Shown in pieces: positions 1-11,400 of a stretch of 64,000 bases of DNA. The notes beneath the pieces are model-generated. The model ran no database searches. It was not told the origin of the DNA and saw nothing but the letters and a program-made list of their open reading frames with translations. The position numbers and the translations under genes are program-made. Origin of the DNA: Lytechinus pictus (taxonomy: Eukaryota); assembly GCF_037042905.1 (NCBI RefSeq), contig NC_087251.1, forward strand, positions 28,894,001-28,958,000, given 5' to 3'. The stretch's first letter is position 1. Every line of letters starts with the position of its first letter.

Positions 1-3000
1 ATTTTCGACCCCCTCGCCCCACCCGCGACATGAAAAATTGGGCAAAATTGGCCAAAATTGAGGAAAATAATATTTGTTCAATATTTCCCCCGAAACCCCC
101 CCAAATCAGCCGTCTTCGCTCCCTGGGATGTTTTAGCATCCTAACCGATTATTACAGCGAGATTCAAGAGGATCCAGGGAGTTTGAATTTTCGACCCCCT
201 CGCCCCACTCGTGACATGGAAAATTGGGCAAAATTGGGAAAAATTGAGCAAAATAATATTTGTTCAATATTTCCCCCAAAACCCCCCCAAATCAGCCGTC
301 TTCGCTCCTGGAATGTTTTAGCATCCTAACCGATTATTACAGCGAGAATCAAGAGGATCTAGGGTATTTGAATTTTCGACCCCCTCGCCCCACCCGCGAC
401 ATGGAAAATTGGGCAAAATTTGCAAAATTGAGCAAAATAATATTTGTTCAATATTTCCCCCGAAACCCCCCCCCCCAATCAGCCGTCTTCGCTCCTTGGG
501 ATGTTTTAGCATCCTAACCGATTATTACAGCAAGAATCAAGAGGATCCAGGGAGTTTGAATTTTCGACCCCCTCGCCCCACCCGCGACATGGAAAATTTG
601 GCAAAATTGGCCAAAATTGAGGAAAATAATATTTGTTCAATATTTCCCCCGAAACCCCCCCAAATCAGCCGTCTTCGCTCCCTGGGATGTTTTAGCATCC
701 TAACCGATTATTACAGCAAGAATCAAGAGGATCCAGGGAGTTTGAATTTTCGACCCCCTCGCCCCACCCGTGACATGGAAAATTGGGCAAAATTGGCCAA
801 AATTGAGCAAAATAATATTTGTTCAATATTTCCCCCGAAACCCCCCCAAATCAGCCGTCTTCGCTCCCTGGGATGTTTTAGCATACTAACCGATTATTAT
901 AGTGAAAATCAAGAGAATCAAGAGGATCCAGGGAGTAAGAAATTTCGACCCTCTCGCCCCACCCGCGACATGGAAAATTGGGCAAAATTGGCCAAAATTG
1001 AGCAAAATATTATTTGTTCAATATTTTCCCCGAAACCCCCCCAAATCAGCCGTCTTCGCTCCCTGGAATGTTTTAGCATCCTAACCGATTATTACAGCGA
1101 GAATCATGAGGATCCAGGGAGTTTGAATTTTCGACCCCCTCGCCCCACCCGCGACATGAAAAATTTGGCAAAATTGGCCAAAATTGAGCAAAATAATATT
1201 TGTTCAATATTTCCCCCGAAACCCCCCCCCCAAATCAGCCGTCTTCGCTCCCTTGGATGTTATAGCATCCTAACCGATTATTACAGCGAGAATCAAGAGG
1301 ATCCAGGGAGTTTGAATTTTCGACCCCCTCGCCCCACCCGCGACATGGAAAATTGGGCAAAATTGGGCAAAATTGAGGAAAATAATATTTGTTCAATATT
1401 TCCCCCGAAACCCCCCCAAATCAGCCGTCTTCGCTCCCTGGGATGTTTAAGCATCCTAACTGATTATTACAGCGAGATTCAAGAGGATCCAGGGAGTTTG
1501 AATTTTCGACCCCCTCGCCCCATCCGCGACATGGAAAATTGGCCAAAATTGAGCAAAATAATATTTGTTCAATATTTCCCCCTAAACCCCCCCAAATCAG
1601 CCGTCCTCGCTTCCTGGGATATTTTAGCATCCTAACCGATTATTACAGCGAGAATCAAGAGGATCCAGGGAGTTTGAATTTTCGACCCCCTCGCCCCACC
1701 CGCGACATGAAAAATTTGGCAAAATTGGCCAAAATTGAGGAAAATAATATTTGTTCAATATTTCCCCCGAAACCCCCCCAAATCAGCCGTCTTCGCTCCC
1801 TGGGATGTTTTAGCATCCTAACCGATTATTACAGCGAGATTCAAGAGGATCCAGGGAGTTTGAATTTTCGACCCCCTCGCCCCACTCGTGACATGGAAAA
1901 TTGGGCAAAATTGGCCAAAATTGAGCAAAATAATATTTGTTCAATATTTCCCCCGAAACCCCCCCAAATCAGCCGTCTTCGCTCCCTGGGATGTTTTAGC
2001 ATACTAACCGATTATTATAGTGAAAATCAAGAGAATCAAGAGGATCCAGGGAGTAAGAAATTTCGACCCTCTCGCCCCACCCGCGACATGGAAAATTGGG
2101 CAAAATTGGCCAAAATTGAGCAAAATATTATTTGTTCAATATTTTCCCCGAAACCCCCCCAAATCAGCCGTCTTCGCTCCCTGGAATGTTTTAGCATCCT
2201 AACCGATTATTACAGCGAGAATCATGAGGATCCAGGGAGTTTGAATTTTCGACCCCCTCGCCCCACCCGCGACATGAAAAATTTGGCAAAATTGGCCAAA
2301 ATTGAGCAAAATAATATTTGTTCAATATTTCCCCCGAAACCCCCCCCCCAAATCAGCCGTCTTCGCTCCCTTGGATGTTATAGCATCCTAACCGATTATT
2401 ACAGCGAGAATCAAGAGGATCCAGAGAGTTTGAATTTTCGACCCCCTCTCCCCACCCGCGACATGGAAAATTGGGCAAAATTGTGCAAAATTGAGCAAAA
2501 TAATATTTGTTCAATATTTCCCCCGAAACCCCCCCAAATCAGCCGTCCTCGCTTTCTGGGATGTTTTAGCATCCTAACCGATTATTACAGCGAGAATCAA
2601 GAGAATCAAGAGGATCCAGGGAGTTTGAATTTTCGACCCCCTCGCCCCACCCGCGACATGGAAAATTGGGAAAAATTGGGCAAAATTGAGGAAAATAATA
2701 TTTGTTCAATATTTCCCCCGAAACCCCCCCAAATCAGCCGTCTTCGCTCCCTGGGATGTTTTCGCATCCTAATCGATTATTACAGTGAGAATCAAGAGGA
2801 TCCAGGGAATTTGAATTTTCGACCCCCTCGCCCAACCCACGACATGGAAAATTGAGCAAAATTGGACAAAATTGAGCAAAATAATATTTGTTCAATATTT
2901 CCCCCGAAACCCCCCCAAATCAGCCGTCTTCGCTCCCTGGGATGTTTTAGCATCCTAACCGATTATTACAGCGAGAATCAAGAGGATCCAGGGAGTTTAA

Positions 3001-4826
3001 ATTTTTGACCCCATTGCCCCACCCGCGACATGGAAAATTGGGCAAAATTGACCAAAATTGAGCAAAATAATACTTGTTCAATATTTCCCCCGAAACCCCC
3101 CAAAATCAGCCGTCTACGCTCCCTGGGATGTTTTAGCATCCTAACCGATTATTACAGCGAGAATCAAGAGAATCAAGAGGATCCAGGGAGTTTGAATTTT
3201 CGACCCCCTCGCCCCACCCGCGACATGGAAAATTGGGAAAAATTGAGCAAAATAATATTTGTTCAATATTTCCCCCAAAACCCCCCCAAATCAGCCGTCT
3301 TCGCTCCTGGAATGTTTTAGCATCCTAACCGATTATTACAGCGAGAATCAAGAGGATCTAGGGTATTTGAATTTTCGACCCCCTCGCCCCACCCGCGACA
3401 TGGAAAATTGGGCAAAATTTGCAAAATTGAGCAAAATAATATTTGTTCAATATTTCCCCCGAAACCCCCCCCCCCAATCAGCCGTCTTCGCTCCTTGGGA
3501 TGTTTTAGCATCCTAACCGATTATTACAGCAAGAATCAAGAGGATCCAGGGAGTTTGAATTTTCGACCCCCTCGCCCCACCCGCGACATGGAAAATTTGG
3601 CAAAATTGGCCAAAATTGAGGAAAATAATATTTGTTCAATATTTCCCCCGAAACCCCCCCAAATCAGCCGTCTTCGCTCCCTGGGATGTTTTAGCATCCT
3701 AACCGATTATTACAGCAAGAATCAAGAGGATCCAGGGAGTTTGAATTTTCGACCCCCTCGCCCCACCCGTGACATGGAAAATTGGGCAAAATTGGCCAAA
3801 ATTGAGCAAAATAATATTTGTTCAATATTTCCCCCGAAACCCCCCCAAATCAGCCGTCTTCGCTCCCTGGGATGTTTTAGCATACTAACCGATTATTATA
3901 GTGAAAATCAAGAGAATCAAGAGGATCCAGGGAGTAAGAAATTTCGACCCTCTCGCCCCACCCGCGACATGGAAAATTGGGCAAAATTGGCCAAAATTGA
4001 GCAAAATATTATTTGTTCAATATTTTCCCCGAAACCCCCCCAAATCAGCCGTCTTCGCTCCCTGGAATGTTTTAGCATCCTAACCGATTATTACAGCGAG
4101 AATCATGAGGATCCAGGGAGTTTGAATTTTCGACCCCCTCGCCCCACCCGCGACATGAAAAATTTGGCAAAATTGGCCAAAATTGAGCAAAATAATATTT
4201 GTTCAATATTTCCCCCGAAACCCCCCCCCCAAATCAGCCGTCTTCGCTCCCTTGGATGTTATAGCATCCTAACCGATTATTACAGCGAGAATCAAGAGGA
4301 TCCAGGGAGTTTGAATTTTCGACCCCCTCGCCCCACCCGCGACATGGAAAATTGGGCAAAATTGGGCAAAATTGAGGAAAATAATATTTGTTCAATATTT
4401 CCCCCGAAACCCCCCCAAATCAGCCGTCTTCGCTCCCTGGGATGTTTAAGCATCCTAACTGATTATTACAGCGAGATTCAAGAGGATCCAGGGAGTTTGA
4501 ATTTTCGACCCCCTCGCCCCATCCGCGACATGGAAAATTGGCCAAAATTGAGCAAAATAATATTTGTTCAATATTTCCCCCTAAACCCCCCCAAATCAGC
4601 CGTCCTCGCTTCCTGGGATATTTTAGCATCCTAACCGATTATTACAGCGAGAATCAAGAGGATCCAGGGAGTTTGAATTTTCGACCCCCTCGCCCCACCC
4701 GCGACATGAAAAATTGGGCAAAATTGGCCAAAATTGAGCAAAATAATATTTGTTCAATATTTCCCCCGAAACCCCCCCAATCAGCCGTCTTTGCTCCCTG
4801 GGATGTTTTAGCATCCTAACCGATTA
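1..4826. repeat. Tandem satellite array, ~186-bp monomer (about 26 copies in the window, continues off the left edge)
   Basis: The GATCC of the BamHI-like GGATCC site recurs at 171, 356 (variant), 544, 730, 925, 1111, etc. The ORF track shows a 62-codon period. Variant monomers recur at offsets of 2999 and 1118 bp. Confidence 0.97.
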
Positions 4827-5137
4827 CATGTAATAGACGTCGGCATGTCTGGGAGGTCTAATATAGGAGAGCAATAGTTACTAGACTGTCCACACCAGAA
4901 GTAAACTGCATGTTTTCACTTTGAAACATGTAACTCACATATAGGATATTCATTTTGGATTTGGTTTCGCAATCAAGAGACCTGCTAAGAGTCTAGGAAT
5001 TGGGATTGTTGGAAACTAGAACTGCGATAACCCGAAGTAAATAACGATCACGAGTTCGGTCAAATTTGTGCTGTCCAAACTTTTATCGCATTAGTCGGAC
5101 TGGCTCTCATGACATCATTTGGCCTTTTGCAAATTTT

Positions 5138-5143
5138 TTTATT
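5138..5143 (-). promoter_or_regulatory. Candidate TKFC polyadenylation signal (AATAAA)
   Basis: TTTATT on the plus strand, ~100 nt downstream of the TKFC stop codon. Confidence 0.45.
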
Positions 5144-5244
5144 GATTCAATTTCCCCATGATTTGTCAATGGCAGGCCGCTTTAACTTGGACCATAAAGT
5201 TCAGGGAGTGAATGTGTTCTACCTGCGGTATGGAGAAAGCTTGA

Positions 5245-5400
5245 TCACACAGTTGTCAAAGCATCATGCACTGCTCGTAGCCATATAGCAACAGCCATTG
5301 CTCCAGGGTCAGGCCGTCCTAATAGGTCTGGGTTGACGTATCTTGCTCTACCGGCTCTGGCGGCCATCTTAGATGTAGCTTCAGCACTTTTCTCAGCAGC
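5245..5400 (-). CDS. TKFC: TKFC coding exon 13 (last; [21 protein letters not shown]...PDPGA...TV*)
   Basis: Acceptor aaacag at 5401-5406 (minus); TGA at 5245-5247; DhaL C-terminal motifs. Confidence 0.93.
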   Translation of the reverse strand, partial: AAEKSAEATSKMAARAGRARYVNPDLLGRPDPGAMAVAIWLRAVHDALTTV

Positions 5401-8400
5401 CTGTTTAATCAAAGCATGGGAAAATTATAGAATATATTTACATAAATAAATGCATTTCAATATATTCTTTTAAACAAATTGAGTGCCAACAATCACCTGT
5501 GTTTTTGCTTTTTTACTTCCTGTTACTTTTAACTGGTCCAAAGCTTAATTTGCTATCATGTACCAACAAATATTTTATTCTAGCATTTCCTACTGCCTTT
5601 CAGCATCTCATTTTATTTTACAACTATCTGATAATATATTCAAATTTCATCAACTCACTTTGACTGCATCTCCCAAATTCTGCATAAAATCTGAGTTTTG
5701 AGTGAGACCTTCCTTCAGTATTCTGTATGCTGCATCGAGGGGGTCCAGCTGATCAAAAACAATCATCATATACAAAACAGTTACATCACAAATAAATTAG
5801 CAGAGAAAAAAGCATATATCATGATATGTACTACAACAAAATCTGCCTATAAGAAGCCAAATCTCTTTGGAAATTATAATGCTGGTTGACTTTGGGAGAA
5901 ATTTCAATCAGAAGAGGTAAAAGTGCACTTTTTGTATATAATCTGATCTGAATCTAAATCATATTTAGCAGTGTCTTTTTCATGGGTTTACAGTTGGGTC
6001 TTTCATGGGTTTAAGAATCACAAAGTAACAATAACAAGTGGAACGCCTCTGGCAGTCTCGCCTGCATTACGCAATTTAATATCGCAGCAGTGCTAACTTT
6101 GAAAACTACTATAAAATAATCACTCACAAAAACATAATTCATATAATGACATAATACCACGTTCATTGACCATAAATGACATTTGAACAGAGACTTAAGA
6201 CTGTCAACTACACCCATGTCCAAGTTTTATGAACTAGATCCATAAACTTTCAGAGTTAGGATGGTAATTCAACAAATACCCCCAACACGGCCAAAGTTCA
6301 TTGACCTTTAATGACCTTTGACCATGGTCATGTAACCTGAAACTCGTACAGGATGTTCAGTCATACTTGATTACTCTTATGTCCAAGTTTTATGAACTAG
6401 ATCCATAAACTTTCAGAGTTAGGATGGTAATTTAACAAATACCTCCAACACGGCCAAAGTTCATTGACCTTAAATGACCATTGACCATGGTCATGTGACC
6501 TGAAACTCGTACAGGATGTTCAGTGATACTTGATTACTCTTATGTCCAAGTTTTATGAACTAGATCCATAAACTTTCAGAGTTAGGATGGTAATTCAACA
6601 AATACCCCCAACACGGCCATAGTTCATTGACCCTAAATGACCTTTGACCTTGGTCATGTGACCTGAAACTCAGACAGGATGTTCACTAATACTTGATTAA
6701 CCTTATGTCCAAGTTTCATGGACTAGATCCATAAGTTTTCAAAGTTATGATAGTAATTTAACAAATACCCCAACTTGACCAAAGTTCATTGACCCTAAAT
6801 GACCTTTGACCTTGGTCACGTGACCTGAAACTCAAGCAGGATGTTCACTAATACTTGATTAACCTTATGCCCAAGTTTCATGAACTAGGTCCATATACTT
6901 TCTAAGTTATGATGTCATTTCAAAAACTTAACCTTCGGTTAAGATTTTGAAAATAATTTTCCCAACATGGTCTAAGTTCATTGACCCTCAATGACCTTTG
7001 ACCTTGGTCATGTGACCTGAAACTCAGGCAGGATGTTCAGTAATACTTGATTAACCTTATGTCCAAGTTTCATGAACTAGGTCCATATACTTTCTAAGTT
7101 ATGATGTCATTTCAAAAACTTAACCTTAGGTTAAGATTTGATGTTGACGCCGCCGCCACCGCCACCGTCGGAAAAGCGGCGCCTATAGTCTCGCTCTGCT
7201 ATGCAGACGAGACAAAAACCTCAGAGTCAGTAATGGGCTTTAATAATGCTAATTCCTATATCATAATGAATACAAGTGTATGTATGTGTAACAGAAGTGA
7301 AGTTATGCAAAGACAAAACACATTTGATTGAATACATAACACAAAGAATCATATACAAGTAAGTTTAGCCCTCATAAATAAAGCCTGTCCTAGGGAATGT
7401 TTTATGAAGCCATTCATCATTTCTTTTCACTAATTGTTGAAAAGCTCCTCGAATCCTCAAATTCTATTGGTGGAGAGCAAATATTTTCAATGCAAATCTC
7501 TGGCAAGTTGTTTTATGAAACAGACCCCTGAAGGAAATGAGGACTTACCATGGTTCTATCTCCAACTGCTGCTTTACCATATTTCATGATGCTTGTCATG
7601 CCTTGCCTAAGGGCCTCTACCCAATCACCTAATCCTGGCTGATCTCCCAGTGCTTGTTGAGCTGCTAGCATGAACAACCCATAGAACTACAATCAAGATC
7701 AAGACATGTAATAAAGAATATTCAGTGATCTGATAGTCACGACCCTGTTGTATGTAGGAACTCCTCAGATTATATTGATATATTCTTTAGAAATTCATAA
7801 ATTTACATTTGCCACTCTTCACTGAGAGGACCCATTGCAAGAATTTACTATTATGGTAACTTTATCAATGACTAGTAACTACCAAAGAATTCTTGATTCA
7901 ATTGGGTGCAGCAAATTGTTATCTTTGCATGATATAGTTTCCATGATAACTTTTATGCAACAGGGAATAATTTCAATTTGGCACCTGCAGAATGTGCACA
8001 AATTATGAAAATTATGTAAAGATGAAAAAAAAAAACCTGAACATCACAGAAATCACTAGTGACTGTAAAAAGTAGTATCGGGAGAGCAATTGGGGCAAAC
8101 ACGCAACAAGTATTTACAGCTGATATGGACTCTAAAATAAGCATTGCAACTTTTGCAAGGGTTCAATATTCCTCAAAGATATGTAAATCATAATTCGAGC
8201 GCAATATCTCACCGCTCCCGAGCTTCCTCCCATTGCCTCCTCTGCTATGATAGACATGTGACCAGCCACATGACTCACTGACGTCAGCTCCTCACTCTCA
8301 ATCCAGGTCTTCATTGCTGTGGGTCAAATCAGAAAGCAGACGTGTTAAACAAATACAGGCAGGCCACTCCATTGTACAATTTGTTTGCATCACTGGGTAG

Positions 8401-11400
8401 ATTAAGCAATTATAAAATTTCAGTGAGTAAATGTGAATCAGGAGAATCTGATTTTTTGAGAATTTTAGTGAATCTAAACCAGCCCTACCCCTCCCCACAC
8501 AGCCTCACTCATTTTAGGGCAAACTTGCATGTACATGTGCTTTGATGTGAAAATGTGTTTAACTTTAAATATGATAATCAGCATGCATAAATCAACTTTT
8601 GAAACGTAAAGATTACTGAGACCACATACATAGCTAATCATATTCCAGTCAGCTGTTGGGTTTAACTTTACTAAGTGTTTTCGCTTTAAAGCCCACCTAC
8701 AGTTTTGGTAAAGAGTCAGAAAAGTGAATTATATGTGAGTATCATCTATCATTCCAATATTACAAAAGTGTAGTAGTCATTGGATGTTCTCAGCCATTAA
8801 AATTCAAGTTTGGCATCTATATATTATATTATATTATACTATATCATATCATATCACATCACATCACATCATATCATATCATATCATATTATATTATAAT
8901 CTTATAATATATTTTCATTCTAAAACAGCCCTTTGTGCACTTACTTTACAAATTTAATGATTGGATATTAGAAAGCTACATCTCCTGAAAGTGAATACAA
9001 ACCGTACCTTCGGCACCCCTTCTGAGTGTTGAGCCACAATCACCGTCTCCACTGCTGGTATCAAGATCATTTAAAAGTTTCTCACTCTCCATCAATCTAT
9101 TGCATACACAACTCAAAACAGCCTTAATTCGTTTACTCTCCTCTGGATAGAAAAGAAAGAACCAAAGAGTTCTCCTTCTTTCAATAGTGTGCATAAACCT
9201 CCAAAGAGTATTGTCACAAAACAGAAAAATGAGAAAGTAATTATCTCATACATGTACTTGTGGTATGAGTTTGGCGAGTCTATCAGAATACTGGAATTAT
9301 GTGCATTCAATATAATTATAAAGAAAAGAAAATCTCATTCATGTGAGGAATATGAGAAATTGATTGAAATGAGATAAGAGTTATTACAATGAATCATGGT
9401 TAAGGATAAGGATCACATAACCGAAAGCACTTTCAAGACAGGTATTTCTTTGGTATAGCATAATTTGAAATCAATGGTCAAAACCGGAAACAATGCTATT
9501 TTTCTGAAAATGAAACTTTGTTAAGATTTTATGATAATGAAATACAATAAAATAATGCTTTTTGATCTTGATTCAAAATTGTTTTATTTCTAAAAAAAGA
9601 CAAACATCTTCATTTTCAAGCGATGTTTCTATGGTATGAGATTGACGAGTCTATCAGCATACAACAATTATGAGCATTAAAGTTTAATTACAAAGTTTAA
9701 ATCTTATCAACAGGTGACTAACTGTCAAACTTAACCCAAATCTTCTATAGCCTATATTTGAAAAATTATGTTTATACTAAGAGTGGTTTGCAAATTCAAT
9801 AGACTTGAAGGGGCACCAAACACAGATCACGGTAAATCACCTGCCATAAGCCTTTGTGCAATAGGATAGTCTTAATACATATATCCTTTCACCACATTAC
9901 ATTGTGGTATGTATGTTGTAAAGACTACAAGCAATTTATTCCCTATTGTAGTGAGAACATATAAGTGAGTACATATTATGAGACTTTCATCCTGGATGAA
10001 ATAAATGGAATTGAAATTAAATGAATTGAAATTGAATTTGATAACGATAAAGTGTCAAATTGAGGAAGTTTAGGTTTTGAGATAATAATAATAACGGCAT
10101 ATTTACCCAGGGTAGCCGCTTCAGTTCTGAAAACTGTTCTCCCAACGGGCCCTGCTATTATTATTACCCCGGCTTTAGTACGGCTACCTTGAGATGGCAT
10201 TGTTCCAAGTGGCTATGGCATAGTGGCTTTGAAACTCCAGAATACAATTGATCGTGCAGTATAAGAGTTCTTTATTGAAATGATGAAAGGCTTACCATTA
10301 CTCATTTTCTTTCCTTTGCTTGTCACAGAACTAGATACTGATGAATCTTGCTCAGGAACCTGAATTTCTTTACCAAGTGATATGTTACCATGACGATGAC
10401 AAACAGAAGGCCATGCAGGAGCTGAGGTTGGCTGGTCTATTGATGATGAGAAGAAATGGCCAAGTTGTGAATTTAGGAAATTAATCTTAGTTTGTTTGTT
10501 TTGGCATTATTTCTTTTCTTCTATACACATTCATTTCTTTGCAAGAACAATACTCGCAAAAAATATCAGGTATGTGATAATAAATACATTTTGACAATGA
10601 ATGATATAATCTGACATAAATATAACATATTTCAAAACACATTCAAAACGCTAAAACATGATTAATTTTAAATCATTGATACATTTCAATAAACATTCTT
10701 TCCTTCAGGAGACATTTCATTTTAGTAATTTGTTAGAAAGAGTGATAGCCTCAAAATTATAAATGAAACATCATAACTGAACCAGTGCTGAAATAGAAGA
10801 ATTATAATTCAGTTCAATTCTACCTTTATGGCATCGGTGTTGAAAGGGGTAAGTACGACATTGAAAGGAAAATGGTAATGTTGCCAATTTGAAGATTAGA
10901 AGCTGGTCAAATAAGGCTTTAATAACACAAAATAGCTTTGAAATTGGATTAAAAATAACTCTAAGCCAAACATTATAAGTGTCTTCCCTTTAATGGGTTA
11001 GTCATTTGCCCACAGAAGTCAATTAATGATTGGCGATGCATTGGAACAGTGAGTTGTATTTCAGGTCTTTAAATCAAAATTCTTCATATTGAACAAACTG
11101 AATGACTGAGAAGAATTTACATCAGATTCTTTAGACAGCTGTGGAAGGTACTCACCAAGATATGATGCACGGCGTCTATCCTGATCAAGGATGAGGATAG
11201 TAAGGGAGACACCGACCATCTCTAAAGATGTCATGAAGCAACCACAGTACACCCTCTCTACCTTAACTCCTGCCCTATCTGAAATAAATACCAAAAAAAA
11301 TCACTCTCTCAATTCTGTGCTCAATTTCTTGTTACGTCACTGCTTCACGTTAATCCTGGGAGATTGGTTGACAACGGTACACTCAACAGCATTCAGTTTA

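Noticed and set aside
30..4819. Long ORFs (up to 438 aa) of 62-aa repeats in the satellite
   Set aside because: They arise because the monomer is a multiple of 3 and stop-free in one frame. 1-bp and 10-bp indels and a stop at ~2853 break the frame, and there is no splice or domain evidence.
1..4826. CRISPR-like regular repeat
   Set aside because: Whole monomers repeat with no unique spacers, there are no cas genes, and the context is eukaryotic.
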